A stretch of 64,000 nt of DNA, taken from Mustelus asterias. Lineage: Eukaryota. Each line of letters opens with the position of its first letter. The stretch's first letter is position 1. The stretch is from positions 44,640,001 to 44,704,000 of the forward strand of contig NC_135823.1 of assembly GCF_964213995.1 (NCBI RefSeq), in the 5' to 3' direction. Under the pieces are notes generated by a model. It had not been told where the DNA came from. It was given only the letters and a program-made list of their open reading frames with translations, and did not search any database. The translations under genes and the position numbers were made by a program. Below, one piece after another: positions 1 to 11,974 of this stretch.

Positions 1-979
1 TAATTGGTCCACTACTGCTCTACTAGGTTTGCTGCCCACTTTGGGAACACCAATAGTGGAGATGCTTAAAACCACCTTCTCTATGTTGTCAGCTTGACTC
101 AGTTAGAAGTACTCTGCCCTCTGTGCCAGAAGATTTAATCCCCATGCCAGAGCTTTACCATATAGTTTGCCAGTTCAGTGTAGCACTTAGCCAAATCCAA
201 CTTGCTAGTTTGCCTCATTCCCCTTTCTTTTAACATTCAGACACATAATTGCAGAAATTGTTATAGATAATACAGGTATTTACAAATTCACATATATTTA
301 ATAAAATCACAGCACAATCAAGGAAACCCTAATTTAGAATATCTGTCATTGTACATTTAACAATTCACACTCTCATACATGCATTATGCAGTCACCGTGC
401 ATCCCAGTTATATAGCTGCCTGTCAGAGGAAAGCATCAGTGATCAGCTTGCTTGCAGTAGATGCAATGCAAACTTGCATACCCAGGGTTCTCAAGATACT
501 TAAGTTACAGGACAATGGGGAGTGCCCTGTGTATTGAAGATCACATTGACTGGGTTAGTGCTTCCATAGTTAGCGGTTGCTTCCCATGGGGCTTAATTTG
601 TGCTGATTGGGCCTTCACAAATCAGACTGGTGTTTCCCAGTTCCAGTGGATACACATTTAATCAGCAGATACCCCACCTCTGTTTCAGCCACATTTGATG
701 TAGAGGGGGCACTCAACCAGGAGAGAGGGTTGTGCATCTTCTTCCAGCTAGTAACGAGTTGTATTACCTATTAGTGATTATGGGGTCCTTTCTCTCCAGG
801 AGACAAGGATAGAAAGTACTAAAATAGATCTTCTAGAACCATGAGATCTGTCTTATTTCTGATGATCTTCCAAAGTGCTATTCAGAATGGCCAGATGTGG
901 CGAAATGACCAACATATGAGTAGGGAGTTCTCCCTCTGCCCATGTCCTGCCAGCAATCATCTGATGTGGAGGGTTGGAA

Positions 980-1098
980 CTGCGGAGTAGGTGCAGGGTT
1001 GGAACTGCGGAGTAGGTGCAGGGGTGGAACTTGCGGAGTAGGTGCAGGGGTGGAACTTGCAGAGTAGGTGCAATGTGTGGTACCGATAGGTGCAGGGT
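980..1098. repeat. Short tandem repeat, ~25-26 bp unit (GCGGAGTAGGTGCAGGGGTGGAACTT), about 4-5 copies
   Basis: Repeated unit visible; it produces the repetitive PTLHLLR peptide in ORF 853..1170. Confidence 0.85.
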
Positions 1099-1599
1099 TT
1101 TATTCTGAAATTGTCTTTGTGATTTTGCTGCAGATGGTACTAAGGGACTGACTGTATTTTCCTTTGCCATTTCTCCTACCAGACAGCCAAGCTCATGATT
1201 CCAAGGATTCTTTCAGGTTTTCTGTCCTGTCATTGACTATAGAGGAGTACATAAAGTTTGGAGTTGCTTCAGTAAGGGTTAGGGTAACTAGAGGAAAAGC
1301 TCCGACAGGGTGTATCACACTGACATTAGTAAACCATTGAAACTTCTGAAGGGTCAGCTTCATCTGGACATATTAATAGTAGTCATGTTGGGTGAAACGA
1401 AAATTGTCAACAACCAGTAGAAGTGCACAGTCTGGTGATCCCTTTTTCAGGTCAAACTTTGCATTCAGCACAGACAATCTTTTCTGCGAAATTCCCATTA
1501 TTCTACATTGGGGAGAAGGCTGACGTAACCTCGGGAATACTTAAAGAGTTTGTACATTTGCCTCGAAGAAAGAAGCTTGTAGCAACGGTAAGTTACTTA

Positions 1600-2400
1600 C
1601 AGCTCGCTACTGGTCTCCCCTGAGGGTTTATGAACAATGTGCTGTATAGGGGGGGTTTGAAAGGAGTTCCTGAATTCCATTCCCAACCACAGTGATGTTC
1701 TGGGGAGGAGATTGGGAATCAGGTCACCTGTAGTTAAGGAAGTTGCCCAGAAATAAGGGAAACTTACTTTTTCCTCTTGTTTTGGGAACAAGGGGTGTTT
1801 GAGGCATATTGCTACACAAAGTTTAAAAAATAAATGTCTCTTAAAAAATGTTTGTGCTGCATGGTAGGTTCTGTCCTGAGTGATATTCATAAAGTTTATA
1901 ATGAAAAGAATTCATGTAAGAAAATTCAATAGCTGTTGAAAAATAAAAGTTCCTTTGCAAACCTCCTATGATGGAGGAGGTTTAGCCGTCAGATAGCATC
2001 TCAACTTTGACTTCAGCCCCGTTTCCATAGCTTGCAGCATTCATCTTGACTTTGAAACAGAACATTGTTCTGCCTTTCAAGAATGACTACCTTTCGTTAT
2101 CTTTCTGAATTGTGTGTTAATGAGTTGTCAAACTGTTTTGTGTGTGTTTGTCATTAATGCCAGCCACCCTACTGGCTAAATAACCATAAAATGAATGTGA
2201 TGGTTATCAGGCATAACTCCCATGTAATTTCTGCAGATAGTACAACACCTATTCACTTTACACAATAGGTACATCCTGAAATACCACCAAAATAGCTTAT
2301 TGCCCAACCATTGATAGGTACCATTCCTGAGCAATGGAGTGCAAGGATATGGACAGCATAATAGGCACATACCAACTCATCGAGCCCGAAGCTGTTAATT
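1600..2400 (-). mobile_element. Possible highly degenerate LTR-retroelement integrase remnant
   Basis: Minus peptide GTYQWLGNKLFWWYFRM...VNRCCTIC resembles the integrase HHCC zinc-binding region (FWWPxM...CxxC); no intact ORF. Confidence 0.3.
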
Positions 2401-3788
2401 CAACTAGAAAATAAAACATTCAAGGGTAGGGGTGCTTTTTCTTTCTGTGCCTGAGGGAGTGGTGCCACCGTTGTTCTTTGTTGTCCAATGGCAGTCCAGA
2501 CAGCAGATAACACTCACTCGTTCAGCTGAGACGTCCAAGCGGAAACTGGATTATTATCTGAAAAGGATGTGCAGGGCTACAGGAAAAAGTCAGGGGAGTG
2601 GATTTCTCCAGCAGAGCTGTAACATTCTATGTTTCTATTTAATGATTCTGCCCTGAAATAACTACTCCTTGAACCTTACTAGGTACAGATGAGAAGGATC
2701 ATTCAGCCCAATTATCCCAGGGTCTACTTCAGAAGGTCTCTTTTGCAATTACTCCATGATAGAAATATGAGAGACTTTGCTTCAGTTTATGAAATGCTTG
2801 CTGGACTGAACGACTACATTCCACAGAAATTATACATTTATCATTCCATACTGGAAAATAAATGGTACAATTAATGTTCTTAAATGTAAAATGATCTCAC
2901 AACTGACTGATTATCATGCACCATTTTTACATATCACCTGTTTTGGACTGCAACACATTATATACATACATGCACATAAATCTGAAATTACCTGTGCTGC
3001 TATCCAGTTCCACGATCAGATTCTTATTTGTGAACAGTCTCCTCTGGTATGATGACTTGCATGGCGACTGGCATAAAATCCTTGTTGGTTTACAGTGTAA
3101 ACTTCTAATACCATAAAGTGACAAGTGTCCTGAAACACACAAAAAAAATCACTGCTACTAAATGCTCAGGGAACGGGGCATCTGATCCCAAATGCTTCCC
3201 ATTCATTGCAAATTAACTTAGGTAACATCAAAATGTTAACGTTGAAATTTGAGTGCAGTAGCAAGCCCAAAGACAGCTTCCAAACAATAACAAATGACAG
3301 ACTATGATGATAGGTAGACCATAGAACCATTCCCAATCATAAACCAAATAGTAATTCCCACAGAAAAAAACTGCCAATGTTAAATATAGGATGAAACCAG
3401 CAAAACAAAAAGTCCCAATAACTATCAGTGACAAGTCCCAGTAACAAATCCTTGGTAGAAAACTCTAATAATAAATTCTAAAGCATCTAAACTCTACTTG
3501 AAACAGAGCAGAGAGGATAAATAGAACAGTAGGATGGTTTTAAAATAGATGGTCGAGAGAAGAGCAAGAAATGAGGTGTACCCAATAGCAAGCGTACTGA
3601 AAGTCGGTACTTTGCAGAAGAATATGAAGTGAAGAACAATCAAAAGGAGTAAGAACTTAAGAGTGGGCTGCACCAAGGAGTGGAAACAATTGTCTTATAA
3701 TACAAACACAAGGGACACTCAGAATAATCTAGTGATCTGATGTTCCAAAGTGACAGAATTACATTACCCTTGTGCTTAAATAAGTACA

Positions 3789-4216
3789 GTAAGAAGTCTC
3801 ACAACACCAGGTTAAAATCCAACAGGTTTATTTGGCAGCACAAGCTTTCAGAGTCTCGCTCCTTCATCAGGTGAGCGAGGAGTTCTGTTCACAAACAGGT
3901 CATATATAGACACAAACTCAATTTACAAGATAATGGTTGAAATGCGAGTCTTTACAAGTAATCAAGTCTTAAAGGTACAGACAATGTGAGTGGAGAGAGG
4001 GTTAAGCACAGATTAAAAGAGATGTGTATTGTCTCCAGCCAGGACAGTTAGAGAGATTTTGCAAGCCCAGGCAAGTCATGGGGGTTACAGATAGTGTGAC
4101 ATGAACTCAAGATCCCGGTTGAAGCTTGTGCTGCCAAATAAACCTGTTAGACTTTAACCTGGTGTTGTGAGACTTCTTACTGTGCTTACCCCAGTCCAAC
4201 GCCGGCATCTCCACAT
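3789..4216 (-). mobile_element. Non-autonomous Penelope-like element with inverted termini and 14-bp TSD
   Basis: ~60 bp inverted ends (GTAAGAAGTCTCACAACACCAGG...CCTGGTGTTGTGAGACTTCTTAC), tail CCAGTCCAACGCCGGCATCTCCACAT, TSD CTTAAATAAGTACA at 3775-3788 and 4217-4230. Confidence 0.8.
3839..3873 (-). ncRNA. Minimal type I hammerhead ribozyme motif
   Basis: Minus strand reads CAC-CTGATGA-A-GGAG-CGAGA-CTCT-GAA-AGCT-T-GTG: core, stem II, palindromic stem III, stem I CAC/GTG. Confidence 0.7.
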
Positions 4217-4779
4217 CTTAAATAAGTACACAGGAGGGTGGCAATGTCACAGGACATAAATTGGACCAAAGAGACAGAAGGACTCGGCCAGAGGCAACAT
4301 TGCATTCTATACAAAACAAATGGAAGTAAGGTAAATAATTAAACCTGGTCTCAGTGTAGGGGTGTTGTGGACAGAGATAAGAAATTAAAAGGCACTATCC
4401 ATGCCAGGTCATGACGGCAGGTTTCGATTACAGATGCTGAACGATTCAAAAAGAATTAGGGAGGTCTATCTGAGCATGAATATGACTTTCTGGGGGGAAT
4501 TTTAAATGACCATAAATTAAGTAGGTGAATGGGGAAAGCAGAAACAAAAATGATTTATATTGGGGAGGTTGGGAAGAGACCATACAAGAAGAAATGATCA
4601 GAAAACCTGATGATTTAAGTGCAAGCCATATAATTACAGGCAGGAGAAAGAAATAAAAGATTTTTTTTCCAAATAAGGTTAGATGCAGAGGGTTGGGAGA
4701 ACACTCAGAAAGTTGGACTAAATGGTTGGTTTCTATGCTGTACATTCTGTGTACTTCGGAGAGCTAACTCAGCTAGTGG

Positions 4780-5130
4780 ATAAAGAGAACTTGGTAAACA
4801 TTGGTTATTTAGATTTCAGTGAGGCTTGTTAAAGGACTGTTTATGAAGTTGGCCAATAAAGTTAGAATGTATGGGATAGTTGGATGGATATTGAAGTGGA
4901 TCGGTATAGACGCAACAAATGTGTCAGGGAAACTTAAATAGCAGGAGGTGATTAGTGCATTAGCTGGAACACTTTATCATTCATGTTATATATCAATTCC
5001 TTGGAGACAGATGAATGCAAAACTTCAAAATTTACTGAACGTGGATGAGAGTGGGGATCAGTCAAGAGCAAATCAGTCAAGAGCTTGAAGAAGATCGAAA
5101 GGCTGGCTGAGAAATGATGAGTTCAATGGT
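4780..5130 (+). mobile_element. Old degenerate CR1 RT fragment
   Basis: TATTTAGATTTCAGTGAGGCT resembles YLDFxKAF; downstream text is similar to the intact CR1 at 58700-59100. Confidence 0.55.
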
Positions 5131-5416
5131 GAAAATGTAAAGGGGAAGGGGGTGGTGAAGGAGAGCCTATTGGCTAAAAGCAGAGATTTACAGACACACT
5201 GAAAACAGTGCAATAAATGAACCAAACACAGATCAGGTAGTGAGCTGTGTATTATCGCTATGTCGGGACTATGGTATTGGCAATGAGCATTGCGTCACAG
5301 GGTGCTATGCAGTGTGAACTGGCAGTTAGTAGGGTTCAAGCACTGGCCTGTAGGTCAGTGGGGTGCAGTAGCTGGGCTGGTGGTCAGTGGGCTGCAGGCG
5401 CTGGTCTGGAGGTTGA

Positions 5417-5606
5417 CGGGGAGCAGGCAGCCAGCGGGGTGCAATTTGCCAGCGGGGTGCAGGATGCCTTTGGGGTGCAATTTGCCAGCGGGGTGCAGGT
5501 TGCCAGCGGGGAGCAGGCAGCCAGCGGGGTGCAATTTGCCAGCGGGGTGCAATTTGCCAGCGGGGTGCAGGTTGCCAGCGGGGTGCAATTTGCCAGCGGG
5601 GTGCAG
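5417..5606. repeat. GC-rich 18-bp minisatellite (GCCAGCGGGGTGCAATTT), about 10 copies
   Basis: Direct tandem units; 6-aa repeats in several frames of the ORF track. Confidence 0.95.
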
Positions 5607-5639
5607 TGAATCTGAATTTCCAGATAATTTACCCAATTC

Positions 5640-5850
5640 CCTGTGGTGAGCCCCAAACTCCGCCGTGGGGAATAGGCACGGTCTGATTTTAGGCAATACG
5701 GAGTTGCCTCCGTACGTGCGGGATTTGGGGACAGACCTGAGCGAAACGCCTTCAACACAGCCGCCATTTTCCACCGGAAACCACAAACCGGAATTGGGGA
5801 GCCGCTCACACTGCCACCAATCGGACTGTGTGCGTATTGCAGCCTGGTGA
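5640..5850 (-). promoter_or_regulatory. CpG-rich housekeeping-type promoter/first exon on the minus strand (possibly TELO2)
   Basis: Local CpG enrichment; YY1 motif CCGCCATTTT at 5761-5770; two CCGGAA ETS cores at ~5774-5793; candidate donor CAG|GTCTGT at 5737. TELO2 identity rests only on recalled human synteny. Confidence 0.55.
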
Positions 5851-5879
5851 CAGCATTGGCTTATTATAGTGCTGGAGTT

Positions 5880-6185
5880 ATGTACTCTCAATGACTATGT
5901 ACTCTCAATGGCTATTTACTCTCAATGACTATGTACTCTCAATGGCTATGTACAGCCAATGGCTATGTATTCTCAATGGCTATGTACTGCCAATGGCTAT
6001 GTACTGCCAATGACTATGTACTGTCAATGACTATGTACTCTCAATGGCTATGTATGGCCAATGGCTATGTATTCTCAATGGCTATATACTGTCAATGACT
6101 ATGTACTCTCAATGGCTATGTACAGCCAATGACTATGTACTCTCAATGGCTATGTACCACCAATGGCTATGTACTGCCAATGGCA
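5880..6185. repeat. 17-bp minisatellite (TGTACTCTCAATGGCTA), about 18 copies, resuming at ~6580-6605
   Basis: Direct tandem units visible. Confidence 0.95.
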
Positions 6186-6186
6186 A

Positions 6187-6578
6187 TTTGATTTGATTTG
6201 ATTTATTGTCACATGTATTATCATACAGTGAAAAGTATTGTTTCCTGCACGCTATACAGACAAAACATACTGTTCATAGAGGAGGAAATGAGAGAGTGCA
6301 GAATGTAGTGTTACCGTCATAGCTAGGGTGTAGAGAAAGATCAACTTAATGCAAGATAAGTCCATTCAAAAGTCTGACAGCAGCAGGGAAGAAGGTGTTC
6401 TTGTGTCGGTTGGTATGTGACCTCAGATTTTTGTATCTTTTTCCCAAAGGAAGAAGGTGGAAGAGAAAATGTCTGGGGTGCGTGAGGTCCTTAATTATGC
6501 TGGCTGCTTTGCCGAGGCAGCGGGAAGTGTAGACAGAGTCAATGGATGGGAGGCTGGTTTGCATGATGGATTGGGCTA
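6187..6578 (-). mobile_element. Rex-Babar clade LINE 3' fragment
   Basis: ORF 6346..6588 (LPSIDSVYTSRCLGKAASIIKD..HP...FFPAAVRLLN) is typical of the Rex1/Babar ORF2 C-terminus; (AAATC)n tail on the minus strand. Confidence 0.8.
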
Positions 6579-6769
6579 CAACTCTCAATGCCTATGTACT
6601 CTAAATGGAAAGACAGTACACTATTATAGACTTTAACTGCCAATGGGAATATTTTCCATATCCAGTTCACACCATCACCCAGTGCCTCTGAAATATTCCA
6701 AGGAAATGCAATCATACAGCACTGCCTTTTTAGTTTATCTGACTGTTTATTTTCTTTTACTGGTTTAAC

Positions 6770-6912
6770 ATTATATTCTCCACCCTTTCCTTTCCTTTTC
6801 TTCTCCCCATGCACTCTATGAACGATATGTTTTGTCTGCATTGCACACGAGAAACAATACTTTTCACTGTATCCCAATACATGTGACAATAATAAATCAA
6901 ATCAAATCAAAT
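6770..6912 (+). mobile_element. Rex-Babar 3' tail fragment, inverted relative to 6187-6290
   Basis: AATACTTTTCACTGTATCCCAATACATGTGACAATAATAAATCAAATCAAATC. Confidence 0.75.
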
Positions 6913-7659
6913 AATTATAAAGGGCCCCAATGCTTTGTGATTGATTGATCAGTATCAAATAAATTACAAATCCTGAGGAAAAAAATTGTTCTGAGCAGAT
7001 GTAGCAGAGAAATGTTCATCTGGGATCTTGCTGCAGGATGAGGATAATCATCTGATGATCCACAAGTGATGTCAAGTGTGTAAAAAAAAAATCTATATGA
7101 TAGGCAAAACTCTGTCAATTATCCAACATGCTCCAGACTACCAATGAGCAGAGCATGGAACAATAAGAGTGGTTGTCTCACAATAATTAATTGTGTTTGA
7201 TAGTATTCATTAAGGAGGAAAACAAAGAGGTGAAAAGGAAAAATGGAGAAAGTTAGAGGGGGGAACAAAGGTTTGGTTAAGAAGAACAATTTTGAGGAGA
7301 ATTTTGAAACCAAGGAAATTGGTTTAGCATATAGCTGCAGAGATTTGAATCGGTGGTGCTTGAAGACGATGGGAGAAGGGTGACTGGTTAACAGAGCACA
7401 AGAGACAATTGAGATGTTGACTGAGTTGTTTCAGGGGTTCATGGGTGGAGAGGGACACCAGTCAATCTTACAGGAGTGGAAGGAAAAATCTGAGTGTCAG
7501 AGCAGATGTGGCAAGGAACCTGAGCTTAGTGGTAGGCATACAACACAATTCCACTGCTATGTCCCGCCACTGACCTCCTCCCCCTTCGCAAATTCAGTTT
7601 GCGACCACCAGGGACGTCTTTAAGAGGAAATAGAACATCAGTAAATGTACTGTAATAGC

Positions 7660-7970
7660 AATCAGCTGCCTTCTTGAACTTTCAATATGGTGTAGGTACA
7701 TCCACAGTGCTGTTAGGGAGGATGCTCCAGGATTTTGACCCAGTGACATTGAAGGAATGGCAATATTGTTCCAAGTCAGGATGGTCTGTAACTTGTGGGA
7801 GAACTTGCAGGTGGTGGTGTTCCCAGTCTTCTTCTGCCCTTGTCTTTCTAGGTGGTAGATGTTGTGGGGTTTGGAAGTGCTGCCAAAGGAACCTTGGCAA
7901 GTTGCTGCAATGCATCTTGCAAATGGTACCCCCTGTGCCACTGTGCTCCAATGGTGGGGAAAGTAAATGA
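7660..7970 (-). mobile_element. Non-LTR retrotransposon 3' fragment (family distinct from HER1; clade unassigned)
   Basis: Reverse complement matches copies at 20660-21040, 50290-50945 and 52080-52480 (CACCTAGAAGGACAAGGGCAG...GGGTCAAAATCCTGG). Confidence 0.7.
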
Positions 7971-8350
7971 TTAATGTGATTGATGCATCCCAGTACTACC
8001 CAAATACTCTCAGATGTTGAGCCTTCATTCTACAAAGCCACCGGTTTGCAGGACCAAGGAGGTTCTCAAGGCCTCTCTTTCCAGCATACCAGAATCCCAT
8101 CCTTCCAGTGGCTTCCTATTTTTTGGATCCCGATTTATTATGTATGCCCACCTTGTTAGTCTCCCTAATAAATACTGAGACAATGCAATTATTCAGTATT
8201 TCTGCTATTTACATCATTACCTATGAGATTGTCTTGTGCCTCAATTTGTATTCTGATTTTTTTTGTTCTTTATGTGTCTGTAAAATACTTTATTTTTATC
8301 AATAGCTTAATTTTGAGTTCCTTTCTTGCTTTCCTAACAGCTTTGTACCT

Positions 8351-8656
8351 AAAGTTTATTTATTAGTGTTACAAGTAGGCTTACATTAACACTGCAATGA
8401 AGTTACTGGGAAAATCCCCTAGTCGCCACACTCCGGCACCTGTTCGGGTACACTGAGGGAGAATTTAGCATGGCCAATGCACCTAACCAGCATGTCTTTC
8501 AGACTGTGGGAGGAAATCGGAGCACCGGGAGTAAACCCATGCAGACATGGGGAGAATGTGCAGAGTCCACACAGACTGTGTTCCAAGCTGGGAATCAAGC
8601 CCAGGTCCCTGGTGCTGTGAGGCAGCAGTGCTTACCACTGTGCCACCGTGCTGCCG
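8351..8656 (-). mobile_element. tRNA-derived V-SINE (HE1-like head, type-2 tail)
   Basis: A/B-box head (GGCACAGTGGTAAGCACTGCTGCCTCAC), V-domain, tail GTAAGCCTACTTGTAACACTAATAAAT. Confidence 0.9.
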
Positions 8657-9444
8657 TGTCCTTTTGTCATCCTGTCTTTAATGTCCACATTTTTAATTTA
8701 TGCCATTTTCTTTAATTTCAATTTCATCCTCATCTCTCCATTATTTCAAGCTATTTCACTATGGTCTATTGTGCAGTCATGTTTAGTGGAATATACTTCT
8801 CCTGGACTCTATTGATCACAACTTTATATCTTTTCCTTTATGGTCCTTTTTTTGTTTCATTTTTTTCCCAGATTTCTAACTCCAATTTCATCCCCTCAAA
8901 ATGAACTTGTTCCAATCTATTAGTTTGGTCTTGGCCAATCATTATTTCAAGCTGTATTATGTTCTGATTACTAAGGCCTAGATGTTTCCCCATCTCTTAC
9001 CAACTCTGGCTTATTTCCCATTGCTAAACTCAGCAACTCTCTTGTTGGACTGTTTAACATACTGGGTCAGAAATGAATCCTGAACACAATAGTAAGAACT
9101 CAATTCTCTTTTCCTACCTCTCCTTGCCAGTTGGGGGTAGTCAATATCTTCTGTAATTGTTATTCTATGTCTTTTTACTCACTTGATAAATTTACCTACG
9201 TATTTCTAGTCTATCTTCTCCTAGGCACTGGCAAGCCACCACTGACAATACAAACTGCCAAGCAAACAGCTCAGGATGAAGCTTCAGCAGACAATAGCCT
9301 TCAGGCACAACACAGATCAATTAATGAAGAGTGAGATACTTTTCTTTCACTATTAAGTGGTTTGTAGTATATACCCTATCAATGATATCAATCCTTCTCT
9401 ACCGTTTGTCTCAATCCATATCTGTTTCTATTTTAATGAACTTA

Positions 9445-9800
9445 CATTAGAAGCAATAGGAGCAGGAATAAGCCGATACGCTCCCTCAGTATGATCATGG
9501 CTGGTCTGATCTTGGCCTCAACTCCACTTTCCTAGCTGTTGGTCATAACCCTTGATTCCCATATATTTTTAAAAATCTGCTTATAGAGTCATACAGCACA
9601 GAAACAGGCCCTTCGGCCCATCATGTCTATGCCGACCATCAAGTACCAATCTATACTGATTCAATTTACCAACACTTGGACTCAGCTTTGAATATATTCA
9701 ATGATTCAGCCTCCACAACTCTCTGGACTGGAGAATTCCAAAGGTTTCACTATCCTCTAAGAAAATAAATTCCTCCTTATCTCCCTTTTAAATGGCCGAT
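9445..9800 (-). mobile_element. Older CR1 3' fragments (nested)
   Basis: ATAGGAGCAGGA...GATCATGGCTG and ATAGAGTCATACAGCACAGAAACAGGCCCTTCGGCCCA are reverse complements of CR1 tails. Confidence 0.7.
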
Positions 9801-10403
9801 TTAACCATGTTTCAGTTATCACTGTAACATCTGGCTCCTGGCTATGGATTGTTGTCCCTGGGTCTCACCATTTTATTCAGATACTGTCCAGCTAATTTAA
9901 TTTGATTTTCTTTAGGTTTAATTATTTTCACTCACCTCCCCACCACTTCACTAATTTACAATTCTAACCACAACCCTATTTATTCATTCTGCCAGTACTC
10001 TGGGAAATCAATCTAATCGCTATTATTCTTGGCTAGAATGTGGAACAGTGGAGGTGTAAGTGCAAAGAACTGTACAGGAATTCGGAGGATTGGAATGAGT
10101 ACAGATAACAAACTGTTCTATTATTTTCACAGGTCTGCTTTACGCGAGGTGTCCAGCCAAGCGGGTTGTTGAAAGAAAATCATTGTTTTTTGTCAGACTC
10201 GACTATATCCACGGCATGTAAGGAAACTGAATTCAAGAGGATCAAATGCAGGAGGCCTCAATTGAAAAAAAACAAAACTAGTCTGGAACTGTGTCTGCTT
10301 GTCCATGCCTTGACTTACTGATATTATGTGTTTCTAACAAGTGTGCATTCTGTAACTAATGTGAAAACATTTGCTTCAACAATTGCTGATCACCGGGATG
10401 GCA

Positions 10404-10800
10404 CATAAGAAATAGGAGCAGGAGTAGGCCATCTCGCCCCTCGAGCCTGCCCCGCCATTCAATAAGGTCATGGCTGATCTGAAGTGGATCAGTTCCACTT
10501 ACCCGCCTGATCCCCATAACCCCTAATTCCTTGACCGATCAGGAATCCATCTATCCGTGATTTAAACATATTCAACGAGGTAGCCTCCACCACTTCAGTG
10601 GGCAGAGAATTCCAGAGATTCACCACCCTCTGAGAGAAGAAGTTCCTCCTCAACTCTGTCCTAAACTGACCCCCCTTTATTTTGAGGCTGTGCCCTCCAG
10701 TTCTAGCTTCCTTTCTAAGTGGAAAGAATCTCTCCACCTCTACCCTATCCAGCCCCTTCATTATCTTATAGGTCTCTATAAGATCCCCCCTCAGCCTTCT
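10404..10800 (-). mobile_element. Young CR1/HER1-type 3' fragment
   Basis: ORF 10489..10761 is near-identical to the C-terminus of ORF 41009..41488 and of ORF2 at 56804..59809. Confidence 0.92.
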
Positions 10801-10801
10801 A

Positions 10802-11109
10802 ACGGTGACACAATGGTTAGCACTACTGCCTCACAGCGCCAGGGACCCGGGTTCGATTCCATCCTCAGGTCACTGTCTGTGTGGAGTTTGCCCATTCTCC
10901 CTGTGTCTGTGTGGATTTCCTCCGGATGCTCTGGTTTCCTCCCACACCCCAAAAGATGTGCGGGTAAGGTGCAATGACCAGGTTCAATTGCCCCTTAGTG
11001 TCAGGGAGATTAGCAGGGTAAATATGTGGGGTTAAGGGGATAGGGCCTGGGTGGGATTGTTGGCTCGATGGGCCAAATGGCCTCTTTCTGCATTGTAGGG
11101 ATTCTATGA
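10802..11109 (+). mobile_element. HE1-like V-SINE (CR1-type tail)
   Basis: TGGTTAGCAC A-box, GGTTCGATTCC B-box, tail GGGATTCTATGA. Confidence 0.9.
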
Positions 11110-11631
11110 ACTCTCCTGTTCTTCTGGTTAACTGATCGCGCCTGTTTTAGCCCAACTAAACGATTCAACGCACTGTGATTCAACTGACAGTGAGCTGCAG
11201 AATGTAGAAAGGAATTAAAAACCTCAAACTGCTGGGATTCCTTGATCAGATGAAGAGTAAACACCTACCCTCCTCCCCCTCACCCCCCCTCCGCTCCCCC
11301 TCAAAAACAAATTCCAAACCTGCTTTCCTCTTCAGGGACATTGCCCTCTCTGAGTATTTGCAGCATGTTCTGTTTTTACTATACACTCCCACCCGAGAAA
11401 CAGCTCAGGCACAGCAGATCAAGTTGTGGTACTTCAAGGGCGTCACATCTCATTACCGGAAAGCCTTGTCAACAGTTGGAAATCATTTCAATGCATTCGG
11501 AGGAGTCTGCAAATCTCATCTTATTGAACTGACTGCCTTTATTCCCATTCCACCCCGCCCCCTCCCCACTCCAGTAACAGAACCCAGGGGAGGTGAAAGC
11601 CATCAATCATGTAAATGACTTAGCTGCCAAA

Positions 11632-11637
11632 TATAAA
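11632..11637 (+). promoter_or_regulatory. Candidate TATA box for PTX4
   Basis: TATAAA about 115 bp upstream of the ATG, in non-repeat sequence. Confidence 0.35.
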
Positions 11638-11751
11638 TCAACCCCCGTCCCAATCCCCTCCCCACCAACACCACATCACCACCAGCCACCGTTCATTTAC
11701 AGGTTTAGTTCCGTCTCTGCAGGGAGAGCTATTCTATTCCACCGTTAAGGA

Positions 11752-11889
11752 ATGGGTTTCAGCAAAAGGTTTCACTGGATTTTTGTCACCTGGATTTGTT
11801 GCAACCTGCATGTCAGCGGCTCGCTGCCTTCTGAGAGTGCGAAGCAAAGGAAACCTTTCTTTGAGCGGCTCAGACGGCTGGAGGAGCAG
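11752..11889 (+). CDS. PTX4: Pentraxin-4 coding exon 1 (signal peptide and start of coiled coil)
   Basis: MGFSKRFHWIFVTWICC...RKPFFERLRRLEEQ, the PTX4 hallmark, followed by phase-0 donor CAG|GTGGGT. Confidence 0.93.
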
Positions 11890-11974
11890 GTGGGTCCAGG
11901 AAAACACACCTGGCGGGATTTATGTCACATTATCAGTAACCCCCACAGCTTTCCTCCTGGTCTTGCAGAATCTC

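Noticed and set aside
1-5200. TELO2 coding exons
   Set aside because: No recognisable TELO2 peptide on the minus strand; region looks intronic and repeat-derived
5247-5891. Overlapping 119-178 aa ORFs on both strands
   Set aside because: Produced by a stop-free 18-bp minisatellite; no protein family resemblance
5880-6185. CRISPR-like regular repeats
   Set aside because: Contiguous tandem units without unique spacers, no cas genes, vertebrate context
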